Shown here: positions 25,336 to 37,740 of the stretch, piece after piece
Layout of the letters: each line of letters begins with the position of its first letter
How positions within the stretch are numbered: position 1 is the stretch's first letter
NCBI RefSeq assembly: GCF_006345805.1
Contig: NC_043009.1
Coordinates: 39,370,001 to 39,434,000, forward strand
Length of the DNA: 64,000 bases
Origin: Octopus sinensis
Lineage: Eukaryota
Direction of reading: 5' to 3'
The notes under the pieces: model-generated
Told to the model about the DNA's origin: nothing
What the model saw: only the letters and a program-made list of their open reading frames with translations
Database searches by the model: none
Translations under genes and position numbers: made by a program

Positions 25336-25632
25336 TAAGGGAATATTGTGATCTCGGTTGCTTACATGTTATGGAAACCGGGTAAACGGTTTTATGAATC
25401 TTAGACTCAAGAAAAAAATATTGCCAGAGTAGTGAATAAAACGAAGTACGTTCTCATTCACTATTACGTCATCCAATATCAAAGACAATTGTGCAGCTGT
25501 TCAGTTTGACTATTTGTTGGTAGCGCAAATTATACAGTATAGTACTAAAAGTACCATGTTTTTAGCTTGGGTCACGAGAAAGGGGCATAGTCAAAGGTCT
25601 TCCAGAGTATTTAGATTAATTCCGCTAAAGTT

Positions 25633-26030
25633 ATACTCTTTACTCTTTTACTCTTTTACTTGTTTCAATCATTTGACTGTGGCCATGCTGGAGCACCGCC
25701 TTCAGTCGAGCAAATCAACCCCGGGACTTATTCTTTGTAAGCCCAGTACTTATTCTATCGGTCTCTTTTGCCAAACTGCCAAGTGACGGGGACGTAAACA
25801 CACCAGCATCGGTTGTCCGGCAATGCTAGGGGACAAACACAGACACACAAACACACACACATATATATACATATATACGACAGGCTTCTTTCAGTTTCCG
25901 TCTACCAAATCCACTCACAAGGCATTGGTCGGTCCGGGGCTATAGCAGAAGACACTTGCCCAAGTGGGACTGAACCCGGAACCATGTGGTTGGTTAGCAA
26001 GCTACTTACCACACAGTCACTCCTGCGCCT
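25633..26030 (-). mobile_element. SINE family A, full length
   Basis: Near-identical to 8851-9268 with a small deletion in the head. Confidence 0.9.
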
Positions 26031-27281
26031 ATGTTAAAAATGCTGAAAGAAAAACTGCTGCAGATCAATATGTCTTAAGGAAGAAGAGATAGGTATAGGT
26101 ACTAGAGCGGGCAGGATACGTTGGGCATAAAGTGAGTTGTAAAAGGAGAAGAAGAAAGAAGTGCGTTGAGAAATTTTAAGCAGAGGCCAGCCAAAGCGGA
26201 AAGTGACAAGACGAGAGAATGCTTAGGGTCATTGATTGAAGCGTGCCTATAAGAGATTTTATGACAACCAGTCGCGTGAACGTTTTTTGGATATGGTCTT
26301 GGATATCACTGATATATGCTTCGGTAGCAGCGTCCTAGACCTGCGGGTCACATTTCAGAATGTCAGCAATTACTTGGGGCTGACGTATTTTCCAGCCATG
26401 AAGTAAAAGGTGAATACTGGGGTTGTAATCTAAGCAATAAAATGGATGTGTATAGAGTTAACTGCTAACGAAAAATGGAAAATGTAATGTAAACGACACA
26501 TTCTTAGATATGAGTAGTGACTGGATTTTGGGTGCACTGAAAGAGTTAAGTTAACGATGTCGTTAACTAATGTGTATTTGCCCAGGTGTATTTTAATAGA
26601 TTAAATGTATGTCTGACGAGAGGGTTTGATGTTGAGTGCTACGTCCCCTGCGTACGCAAGGTAGACACGGAATGAATCGTAGCATTGGGTTGAGAGTCGG
26701 TGTGTGAAGAGACGGTACACACACTCACACAGACACGCAGATATACACACACACACACACAAACACACTCACGCATACACTCACCCAAACAGAGAAATAT
26801 ATATATATATATATAATATATGTATGTATGTATATATATATATATATATATATGCGGATAACTATACTAAGTGACTAGAACAATCAATAATCAAATTTGA
26901 AATACTTAATGCGACAAGGGAAAATACAGATGTACTTTAATGACTGATAATATTAATATTCAGATAATAACTACAGGAGGTTACTCAGAACATATTTCTA
27001 TCATATTATTTGTGCTCAGACTAACTTCACCGTACTTGACGAATTTCGAGTTGAAGGACATAACATAACACAAAAGTGTCATAAAATCCACATGAACAAA
27101 AACCAAAAACAAAGCGAGCTAAATTTCCGAGGTTGGTTACTTAGAGACGCCTTCTACCTGACGAACAAAAGTTAAGTTAGCAGAACTATACTTAATGCAG
27201 TGAGATCGAATTTTAAATTCGAAATACTCAAATGGTGAAGAAACGTTTTAATTACATTTCTACATACAAATATATCTACAT

Positions 27282-27326
<45 letters not shown>

Positions 27327-28071
27327 GCATAAACACTCGCACATACACATAAATTATGACTTCGCTTAGGGACTTAGGGACAGAGAAACTAATAACCACT
27401 TGTTAAGACTCAATATCATGTACAGACTAAATCGTTAGGTGAGAAAAGAAGTACAGAATTTAATATTAATTAATGAATGACAAGGGAACATGAGTCACGT
27501 AATTAACTTCATTAGCTAACAACAGTACGCTAGTAGAGTTAATTATGAGACATTTGCTGACTGGTCATTAATAAACATATAATATTGTTGGCACCCTTTT
27601 GTCTCGAGTGACAATGGAATTGCATATAAACTAATCCAGTCTGGTTTTTACATTTCATGTCCTCTCCAATTTCCTCTCCAGTTTTGCGCAGGCCTGGGCT
27701 AGATGTAAGAAAATCATGGCTAGCCCAATCGTCAGGATTCCTCTCCCGACGTTACTGACGTAGTCCAAAGGAGTGCAGAGCATTACGTTTGGCACCAGCT
27801 TGGTTGCAAGAGCTGCCGGAAAAGTGTCGAGTCGAACACTAAACCGCCTACGGGGCTCCACTCTGGAATTCTTTGAAGGTTGTCTCCTTTACGTAAACCT
27901 GGATAGGGGCCCATACCTGGTACTGTCAGCCGGAGCTAGCTGAGCGCGGGTCACGTGTCAGGTAGGGTCATCACTCGCTGAAGTAGTGAAGAAAATCGCT
28001 ACCCTCTACCTATATTATAATATAAATCGCTACCCACTATCTATGATATAATGTTAATATTAACATCCAAG

Positions 28072-28270
28072 GTTAAAGCAGCTAGCAGGCAGAATAATTT
28101 ACACGTTGGGCAAAATGTTTAACAGCATTTCGTCAGTATTTATGTGCTGAGTTGAAATACTGCCCAGGTCGACTATCCCATTCATTCCTTTCAGGATCAA
28201 TAAAATGGGTATCAGTTGAATACCCTCTCCCTCGAAATTGCTGGCTTTGTGCCAAAATTTGAAAGCAACA
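28072..28270 (+). mobile_element. Decayed SINE family B
   Basis: GCTAGCAGGCAGAAT...CTGAGTTGAAATAC...AGGTCGACT...CCTTTCAGGATCAATAAAAT. Confidence 0.55.
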
Positions 28271-28285
28271 AAATATTAATATCTA

Positions 28286-29090
28286 CAGGATGTCCCAGTT
28301 AGATTTGGCGATTTATGTTGTGACAGTTTTTCAGAAACAGTTTGAGTCAACAGCGTTCGAGAAATTAAAGTTGTACTTGCGGAAAGGTTAGCTGACTTGG
28401 AGGAGTGACGGCCATCTGATTATAGAAAAAACAATTACCTCTGTCATGATGATTCGCATCGGGTATCAAAATGACGACATAATGACTGCTGCTCAAAGCT
28501 CCGTGATCCTTGTAGAGTCTGTAAGATGTGATATGGACAGCTGCAATGGAGACTATGATGCCGTCGTTAGTCAAAACAGGTGTTCTGACTGCGTCCGCAC
28601 GTCGGGGTTCGCACAATAACTGCAGAACAAAGTGATGGATGATTTGAGCAAGGGAATCCGTACTTTGACAGAATGAAGTTGCTCCTGAATGTGGATCATC
28701 ACTACCACTCGTACAAAAGGTGCAAGGGAAAATTCTGATGGCTATGGATAAGGAGAAGCTCCTAAACAAGCTGAGTCATGCTGTTGAACCATGGTTGATT
28801 TGGTTCTTCTCATATGAAAGCAACGTCTACCAGGATCAATTGCATAGCACTGAGAGCAACAGATAGTCTGCATACAATCCATTTGACGTCTCACGTATCA
28901 TGAAAACCAAGTTCCCTGAAAGTTTGGTGGTCTTCGAGTGAGTCTTCAGTGAAGGTAACATCATGCTGGCCTACATCTTTAAACAAGAACTTAGGGTCCA
29001 TTCAGACAGCTATGTGAAGCTACTGGATGCTGGTTAAAACTAGGTTGAAAAGGGTTGCTCTCTGAAGGCCAGCATGTAGCAGCAGGATTC
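28286..29090 (+). pseudogene. Tc1/mariner-superfamily (DD37D/maT-like) transposase pseudogene, 5' part
   Basis: TA|CAGGATGTCCCAGTTAGATT terminus. Frameshifted motifs: WFFSYESNVYQDQLH (FFSDEK.F.QD), VSRIMKTKFPESLVVF, SSEG..M..IF, and ..QQDS (QQDSAP). Confidence 0.8.
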
Positions 29091-29108
29091 AGTTTTTTGC
29101 CTTATCAT

Positions 29109-29271
29109 AGGCGCAGTCGTAGCTGTGCAGTAAGAAGCTTGCGACCCAACCACATGGTTCCAGATTCAGTCCCACTGCGCGTGGCACTTTGGACAAGTGT
29201 CTTCTACTATACCCTCGGGCCGACCAAAGCCATGTGAGTGGATTTGGTAGACGGCAGCTGAAAGACACCCG

Positions 29272-29319
<48 letters not shown>

Positions 29320-29824
29320 TATATATATATTATATATATATATATTATATATATATATATTGAATATATATTTCATATATATTGCATATATATTTCACAT
29401 TGATAAATCTATGATAAATCTATTTCAATGGAAAGCTGTGCTGAAGAAGGATGTGAAATATATATGCAATATATATGAAATATATATTCAATATGTTTAT
29501 AATCCAGAAACATGATGTTCACAGATAACCACCAGACTTCGTTTTCGAATATCTATTCCTTCTGTTTTGCATATGTGAATTACAGGGTTTGTCGTGCCTG
29601 GAGCCCCATTTGTGGAAATTAGAAATAAGCATTTTTGACTGCTATTTCTACTTTTTTCGGTATGCGGTCAAGCAACCTGTTGCCTGTCCCTTTTTCTTAT
29701 ATACAATATATATACTGAACTTTACAGAAGTTCCTGCCGGTAATCGGCTATATTTACATACCGAATTCTACCAGTAAATAATTGTGGTCTTTTTTTAAAA
29801 ACCATTATAGAAATTATTTACCCT

Positions 29825-29882
<58 letters not shown>

Positions 29883-30165
29883 ATGTGTGTGTGTGCTTGT
29901 GTGTGCGTGTGAGGGTTTATGTTTGTGTGTGTGGGTGTGTCTTTGTGTCTGTGTTTGTCCGTCAACCATCACTTGACAACCGATGTTGTTTAGTTTACGT
30001 CTTCGTAACTTAACAGTTGGGCAAAAAACCGATAAAATACGTCATAGGCTTATAAAGAATAAGCCCCGGGGTCGATTTCTTCAACTAAAAAAAAAAACCT
30101 TCAAGGCTAAGCTCCAGTGCAATAGCAGTCAAATGATTGAAACAAGTAAAACGAATAAAAGACTT
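29109..30165 (+). mobile_element. SINE family A (head 29109-29275, body about 29880-30165) interrupting the transposon and itself interrupted
   Basis: Head AGGCGCAG...CATGGTTCCAGATTCAGTCCCACTGCG; body CTTGACAACCGATGTTG...GCAGTCAAATGATTGAAACAAGTAAAA. Confidence 0.75.
29436..29524 (+). ncRNA. Type I hammerhead ribozyme, near-intact, long stem II
   Basis: CUGUG/CACAG stem I; CUGAAGA 29441-29447; A-GGAU...AUCC-A; GAAA 29507-29510; stem III ACA-uga-UGU; cleavage triplet GUU 29517-29519. The A-A mismatch at 10.1/11.1 and GUU are suboptimal. Confidence 0.6.
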
Positions 30166-30415
30166 CACCAATCTACTTCCCACGATTGCAATCCTATGAA
30201 CTATTATGTGTGGAGGTGATTGAAAAAGACACCAACCGTGCCCAAGGGTGAGATCGTGCCCAAGATCAACGAGGTGCCGGAAAATCTTCCTAGGGATGTA
30301 GTGAGGAAGCCATAAGCTGTTTCAGTCGCCATCTGAGACTGTAGTGAAAGTTAAGGGTGGCTTCTTTCAGTAAACTGTTATCTCCCAGCCGTAATCTAAT
30401 TGATATTGTCTGATA
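30166..30415 (+). pseudogene. DD37D-like transposase pseudogene, 3' part
   Basis: HDCNPMNYYVW (SPDCNPMDY.VW), EKDTN, V.VKGGFFQ* then a decayed TIR AATCTAATTGAT. Confidence 0.75.
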
Positions 30416-30469
30416 TTTTGAAATAGTATACTTTTGCAACACGAACACGCTATGTACACACACACACAC

Positions 30470-30507
<38 letters not shown>

Positions 30508-30523
30508 CACACACATATACATA

Positions 30524-30655
30524 GGATGTCAGTTAGATTGCGGCTGTGAGATAACAGTTTACTGAAAGTAGCCGCCCTCAACTTCTACCACAGTCTCAGA
30601 CGGTGACTGAAACTACTTATGTCACTGCATCCCTGAGAAAATCTTCGGATACCTC
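30524..30655 (-). mobile_element. Inverted 3'-end fragment of the same transposon family
   Basis: TA|GGATGTCAGTTAGATTGCGGCTGTGAGATAACAGTTTACTGAAAG is the reverse complement of about 30290-30410. Confidence 0.75.
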
Positions 30656-30678
30656 CTATATATGTAAATGTATATATA

Positions 30679-30721
<43 letters not shown>

Positions 30722-30725
30722 ATAT

Positions 30726-30830
30726 GGCCTGCTCGCTTAGCCAGCGGGGTGACGTCATTCGAAGGTTAAAACAATGCGAACGCATTGTGACCAGCGATGT
30801 GTAACTACATCTGATGGACTGGTCGGAAAA
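30726..30830. repeat. Dispersed repeat family C (GGCCTGCTCGCTTAGCCAGCGGGGTG...), copy 1
   Basis: High identity to 31385-31505; both embedded in TA tracts. Confidence 0.8.
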
Positions 30831-30831
30831 A

Positions 30832-30864
<33 letters not shown>

Positions 30865-31038
30865 ACTGCAAGAAAGTTAGGGGTTGTGGGTCCAACCCAC
30901 TAAGGGATAATATCTATCCAATATACTGTTGGTATAATACCCAATTATTAAAACACAAGTTTTTTTTTATTGCATTGCAATTTACTTACCTAGTGTATTA
31001 AATGGGTGAAGGTAAAGAGATATTTTATCATTAATTTA

Positions 31039-31241
31039 TATTGCAAATAAGAAAATGGACAAGCACACTAGTTGTTTCATCAACTCTAGGACATTAAAAT
31101 GTAAAATTATTTATTTATTGTATTCTTATTTTATATGCATAGAATAGTATGCTATATGTATGTATGTTATTATAATTATCATTTTAATAAATAAATTAAA
31201 GTTGATGAACCAACTTTTGTGCTTCTCCATTTTCTTATTTG

Positions 31242-31246
<5 letters not shown>
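31039..31246. mobile_element. TA-flanked MITE with about 50-bp TIRs (Tc1/mariner-type)
   Basis: TATTGCAAATAAGAAAATGGACAAGCACACTAGTTGTTTCATCAACT mirrored by AGTTGATGAACCAACTTTTGTGCTTCTCCATTTTCTTATTTGCAATA. Confidence 0.75.
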
Positions 31247-31277
<31 letters not shown>

Positions 31278-31384
31278 GAGAGTAGCTGTATCAAACTCCA
31301 TTCTTCACCAAGTGCCACATATTAGACGAGGTTCGTCGAAACTAGAAAAAAATATATATATATATATATATATACATATATATT

Positions 31385-31500
31385 GGCCTGCTCGCTTAGC
31401 CAGCGGGGTGGCGTCATTTGAAGTCTAAAACAATGCGAAGCGCATTGTGACCAGCGATGTGTAACAACATCTGATAGCCTGGTCAGTCACGGTGATCACG

Positions 31501-31505
<5 letters not shown>
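31385..31505. repeat. Dispersed repeat family C, copy 2
   Basis: See copy 1. Confidence 0.8.
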
Positions 31506-31542
<37 letters not shown>

Positions 31543-34500
31543 AGTATGTTTGCCTGTTTCTTTGTGTGCCTCTTCTAAAAAACGGCGTCATGCGTTACTT
31601 CACTTTATGTGTAGGCGTTATAGAGTGATGCAATAGAGATCGATAAGTTGTTTACTAATCTGAAATAATTACAGGGCTTATTTGATTGTGTAAAAAAAAA
31701 ATCGAATAGGTTACTGCAGCCTAGCCATAGTCCAACCAAACATCATTAAAGTAAAAATATTTGTTTCACACTGTGGTACAAAATGAGCAATTTTTTAGCG
31801 GCAAGTGGTCAGTTGATTACATCGACAATCATTACCAACAGGTACTTATATTATCGAAACGACGAAAAGCACCGTTGACCCCGCTAAAGTTTGAACTCAG
31901 AAGAATCATCACTGAGCATTTTGTGCGACTGTCTAATAATTCTGTCAGCTTTCTTTCAAATTTTGTTGCAAAGTCAGCAATTTTAGCGGTGGCGGTTGGG
32001 CATTGGTGTGGGGAGGTTGGGTTAGTCAATACTATCGACTCTAGCACTTGACTGATGCTACGTTTTATCGACCGTGTAGGGATGAAAGCCAAAGTTGATT
32101 CCGGTGGAATTTGAATTCACATCGTAACGACTTGAAATGCTATGGAGCAGTTTTTTTTTATTCATTCCGATTACTATTACGGTTCTGCCAGCTCACCGCC
32201 TTACAATAAAAGTAATAAAAAAAATACATACACAAAACCACGACAGTCACAGAATTGTGATATCGATTTTAAAATTCTGATTTAGCTGATCCCGGTTAGC
32301 TTCGGCATGCAAACCATCCTTTATATGGTAATTCAATACAACATTAATGATAATTCTATGCAACGAATGCTACCAGCTGAGAGGTTTCATGAAAATGAAG
32401 TAGGAGAATTATGACACTTCGAATTTTAATGACGTATAAAAGTTGGTTTCAATTTCGAAGAGTAGTTCTGTTCTTTATTTTTATTTTTTAAATTATAAAA
32501 TAGCTTCGAGGAATTTCGAAGACAAGATTATGAAGCGTAGTCGGGTTAGTACTAGAGGTGAAGCTGTTAATAACAGAAAAACAAACCGAAAAGTGATATC
32601 ACAAGTATTTTCTCTGAAGATTTAGTTTATATTTACACACGACGACAAACAGCAGACACAATTCATACATATGAAATCAAACATTGTAATTTGAATAATA
32701 ATATCAAATGTTATTCCATTGAATTTATAAGATACGCGTACATAGCAATATTACCTGTTTCTGAATATTGATCAGTCGGCCAGGTACAGCGCATCGATGA
32801 AAAGTATCCGTGCGGTTAAGATGCTCCATTTGCAATCATGTTGTTTCAGGTTCATTCTCACTGAGCGGCACTTTCGGCACCTTGATTTCTACTATAACCA
32901 CTGACTGCTCTTCAATACGTTGTCACTACATTTGTGAATATGGTTGATAAAAATTCAGTGGAAGCCCGTCAGATAAAAATAAACAAAAGCTCTACTGTAT
33001 TGGACCATGAGGATCACGGCGATGAGCATTGTTAGCGATGTTGCTTCTTGTATTAATGTCTCATTTGTGGGACTTTACATGAAAGTAACTAGGGCATATG
33101 TTGTAAGGTATAACATATGGTAGGGTGGCATATGTATGGGCACTGAAGTTCTAACAACCTATTCCTGAAAACTACGTCTATATTCCGGGTGCCCACCACC
33201 ACCAACATTCTGAAATATTTACTCGAATAAAAGAGCAAGAATATGTTAATTTACATATTTCTGTAAATTTATAGATATGTTCATAAGTTTCATTTTATTA
33301 TATAGCATCCATGACCTCTACGACATTTGTATTAATACGCATGTACATCCCGACAAATGCTTAGCGGCATTACATCCGTTTTAACGCTTTGCTGAGGTCG
33401 ACTTTGCCAAAGTCAAATTCTGCCGAGGTCGACTTTGCTTTTATCCCTTTGGGTCGGATAAAATAAGCACCACTCAAGTACTGGGGTCAGTGTAATCAAC
33501 TGGACCCTTCCCCCTGATCTTCAGAATTTTGTACCCGCAGTAGAAGAAATTATTATCTATATTGTTTATAATGTTATTACCTTCAGAAAACATTCTATTA
33601 TCACTCGGTATAGTTTGCATTCATCTTCGTCCAAGTTTTACAGTACAGCCAGCCTTCATTCAGAAGCGTGTTTGGCCCCATAGCTTGTCCCATGCATCCG
33701 CTAATTGGTTTATATGCTCATATGGGAATAGCCACCAACTTGATACTCCTAGCTTTCACGCAGCTGAATATCCAGAGAGAGATATTATGTTACGCCATTT
33801 TATTTGACTGATGAAATACCAGCTTAATGGTAACGCAGCTGGAGGGACAGATATCTGTACCAACAATGTATTGTTGAATAGACTGCAACGATGTGTCATA
33901 AAGTGTACTATTTGAGAACTGCAACAATGTGTCAATGTGTCATAAAGTTCACTGTTTCAGGGCGCATCGAAATGTAAAGTTTTCATATTGCTAAAATAGC
34001 CTATAAGTGAAAAGATGTATTACAGATATAATCTACAAATACACAAAAAAGCTACCTATGTTGTGAGAATGTCTCATTATTGCTGTTACTACCATTAGAC
34101 TCAAAGCCAGCACCGACAGGAACAGTGTTTCTGAATAGATTAGATAACCAGGAATCAGTAATTTCTCTTGATATAATTCACTTTTTCAAGACAAAAGTTT
34201 TGCGGAATTGTCGCTATATGTTTTGTCCGCTTCATCCATTGGACTGCAGCTAAGCTGGAACATAATACGCGTTTTCTCATCATTTTGGTCTTCCAAATTC
34301 ACTCACAAGGCATTGCTTGGCTCCGGATTATAGTAGAAGAACTTGCTCTAAGGTGCTACACAGTGAGACTGGCTACGAAACTAGGTGGTTGCAAAGCGAG
34401 GTTAAAAAAGTCCTCATTATTGCAATTAAATTTGTCTGTGTTTATGAGAACATTTCTGGAAACAATTACCACTTATTTACATATTACGCAGTTGTTCTAA

Positions 34501-35899
34501 TATATTTTCATAGGATTATAATTGTCTGCAGGTTTTCATTTGTTATGTACACCAAACGAGCAGCGAAGTAAAATAATCAACCTTTCAGTCACTTTGTATT
34601 AACTATACAAATCCTAAACTCCGCACAGGTATCGCCTCACTGATTCTAATGACGCTCAATAAGCATCTTAATGAACATAACTTCATTTGCAAATGCATAT
34701 AAGCAAATGACCTTATCCCATTTATATATAACAGCATTTCTGTAAGTTATTGCCGTTAAGTATTATATCCAAGGATAAAAATGTTCCTGTAGTTGAATTC
34801 TCTATCTGTTTGTGTAAAACTATAACCCTTTAAGTGAAGCAATCAAATCAGCAAACGTACAGTTAAGTTATAGGAAGCAATAGAAATGACGAACCACTGA
34901 AATGGAGTTTATTTTCAGTATTGATTAATAACTGGACAACGTTACGAAAATAAAAGAAGCCTTTCTTTAGCTTGTCCTTTCCATATATATAATTGGCAGA
35001 ATTCACACTAAAAATAGGGTTTTAACATAAGCCATACCTATCCTAACTATGGTAACGATTGAATTTTCGTCAGAAAAGGAAAGAAATTGAAATCAGATGA
35101 AAAAGTGATTAAGGATACCATCTTGTTATAAGCACGTATATCTTCAAAAATAGAAAGTGCACACGATTATGACTGAAGCTTTTGACTTTAGTTCTTACGG
35201 GTAGTCATCCATATTTCAAATAACGTGTACAACCACAAAGTAAAAATAGTTTCAGTTATAAGAGTTGCTTTATATTTAGGTTTCTAATTTCGTTGTTTAT
35301 AGTGTGATGGCGAAAGATTTACCAAGGGTACAACCGGAATAAATATTTGATGCTTTCTTTACTTAGTGAGAGAGAAAGGGTGATAGAGTGAGAGAGAGAG
35401 AGAGAGAGAGAGAGGGAGAAAAACAGGTGAACTTAAATATTAGTGCATAGTGTTATATTTCTTGAGTCTCAAAAGGAAGAGATTTGAAATCCAGGTACCA
35501 GGGCAAATAAAGTATTCTATGAATTCCTTGTTAAGAGCTGCCGCGGCTTACTGTGCTCACGGTGCCTCTAAAAGGCGGTGAAATCCATTGTTGTATCTCC
35601 ACGTCACATTAATGTGGATGTTTCCTCTAGACAAGTGACAGGTTGTAAGCAACCTCAGCTGTGATTAACGCAGCACAGGGGTGAACGAATGACGCGATAT
35701 GAAGACTAGTTCTTGACATTTCCTTTGGGGAGGAGTTAACTGGTGGAGCTGGGAGCCATGAAACACCATAGGAGGAGGAATCTTCAATTTTAATTCCTTA
35801 CTAGATGGGTATCATGAGCACGGGTAGCGAATGTCTAAGGGAAAGAAACCCTTGACAGAAAAATAACTCTTTTTTTCTTTCGGATTTTGAAGTTTGAGC

Positions 35900-36250
35900 A
35901 TTGGAGTTAGGGTTAGGGTACAGAAACTTTAAATACTCAGAAGAATCCACACTACATGGGAAAGGCAATGGGTCCTAGCCTGAAAAGGAGGAATCATGAA
36001 GTGTTTGAGTGAAAACCGAGAGAATGACAACCATGATATGGGCCACTGAAGGAAGGAGAAAGAGCAGACGACTCAAAAACACTCGGAAAACTGTTGATAT
36101 GGGGAATGTAGAACAAGGTACAAACTGCAACCATCGACAGCATGGGGAGAGTTAGTGGGATGGAGGAAGTGAGAGGAAGAGATGGAGGGAGAGGTTTTAT
36201 GTGCCGCCTGGCACAGAGTGGAGAGGCAGATGATTCTATCCAACGCTTGA
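35900..36250 (-). pseudogene. Possible CR1-like LINE endonuclease remnant
   Basis: Minus strand SPHAVDGCSLYL-like stretch; frameshifted; weak. Confidence 0.25.
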
Positions 36251-36639
36251 ACGATTCAGCCAATTCGTCTTAGATTTAAGCTGAATAAACTAACGAAATG
36301 TAAAACGGGTGAGTTGGACTTTACTTAACATATTGATTTAATCTATTTTCGTTGAAACTTTAGCTTATCTAATGTGAAAGCACGTGATCATAAGGTCTTC
36401 GGTTCAATTCCAGCACTGAGCTGTATCGCTGTATTCTTGAGCAATGCACTTCATTTTCCGTTCTTCCTACCTTTTCAGCTGAACATGAATACCAGTTGAT
36501 TGCTGGCGTTCTCTCCCCAGCTATCATATCGTGGGTGCTCTGCTAGGTCAATCGTTGGATGTCCAAGTTGGTCATTATATCTAATTGCAACAATATACAT
36601 ACATTAAAACAGAGAAAGCATGGTAAAAGTTACTCTTAT

Positions 36640-36915
36640 CAAGCCGTAAACACCCTGATAGCTCACACGGGATTACTGGATTTACTAATATTGGTGTAAA
36701 TTTTGGGTACAAAGCCTGCAACTTCGGGGGAGGTGATGAGTCGAGTAGATCGACCCCATTGCTCAACTAGTACATATTTTAAGTGCCCTCCACCTCGAAA
36801 AGGATGAAAGGCAAAGCCGACCTCGTCAGTATTTGAACTCAAAATGAGAGTACAGACGAAATGCCGCTAATCATTTTGCCTGGCGTGCTAAAGATTCTGC
36901 CAGCTCGCCGCCTTC
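36640..36915 (-). mobile_element. Decayed SINE family B-like
   Basis: Plus strand AAAGGATGAAAGGCAAAGCCGACCTCG...TTTGAACTC...TAAAGATTCTGCCAGCTCGCCGCC. Confidence 0.7.
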
Positions 36916-37699
36916 AACTGGCTCTACTATTATTACTTAGAGTTTGTTTTATAAAGCCCCTACTGTTTATTAGATCTCACGTTGATTTTAATTTTCTTGA
37001 GTGATTTAGAAAAATAAATGTTCCTGTTTAGTTCTTTGAAGGTTGAAAACTCCGTCTTTTTTTTAATCAGAGGAATGATAAGATCTTTTAAGATATTGTC
37101 TGTTCTGTCATTTTCTAATAGTTTGTTTAGATCAGTGAACAGACATGTCAGACTACATTTTCCTTGATTCGTTTATTCTTTTATTTGCGTTAGTTATTTG
37201 GCTGCGGCCATTATGGAGCATCACCTTGGAATATTTAGCTGTTGAAATCGCCCTCGGTATTTTAGCGGTTCTTTTTTTCTGCCAAAAACACTAAGTAATA
37301 GGAACATTACCAGACTACACACAAACAACAGTTGCCAAGCGGTAAAGGAAAAACGTTAACGCAACGACGAACACACACTCACATAGATATATACACATGA
37401 CAAAAAGAGTTGGCTGTATTCATTTACAAAATCTTTTCACAAGCTTTTAGTTGGTCCAGGGCAATAGTTGTAGAACACGCTTCAATGTGGATCAGAACTC
37501 AAAACTACTTAATTGCAAAATAAAATTCCTAGCCACATATCCATGCTAGTGTATCTTTTGTTTTCATAATAACAATAATTTCCTAAAATTTCCCTTCACG
37601 AACATCCTGACCTGTTTGAATCTTTCAAAGAAAGTAACTTTATTTAAATGATAGATATCGCTTTTTCGAACTTCTGCCAAGCTTTATTTAATTTACTCA

Positions 37700-37740
<41 letters not shown>

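Noticed and set aside
26030-26640. Possible PLE GIY-YIG remnant with CTGACGAGAGGG nearby
   Set aside because: The motif and the putative coding strand disagree, and no convincing frame or GAAA/stem partner was found.
27655-27960. GC-rich stretch with a 68-aa minus ORF, possibly a LINE 5' UTR
   Set aside because: No recognisable domain or second copy in the window; cannot be assigned without a search.
33800-33845. CTGATGA-A-TACC/GGTA hammerhead-like start
   Set aside because: GAAA and stems I and III are missing.
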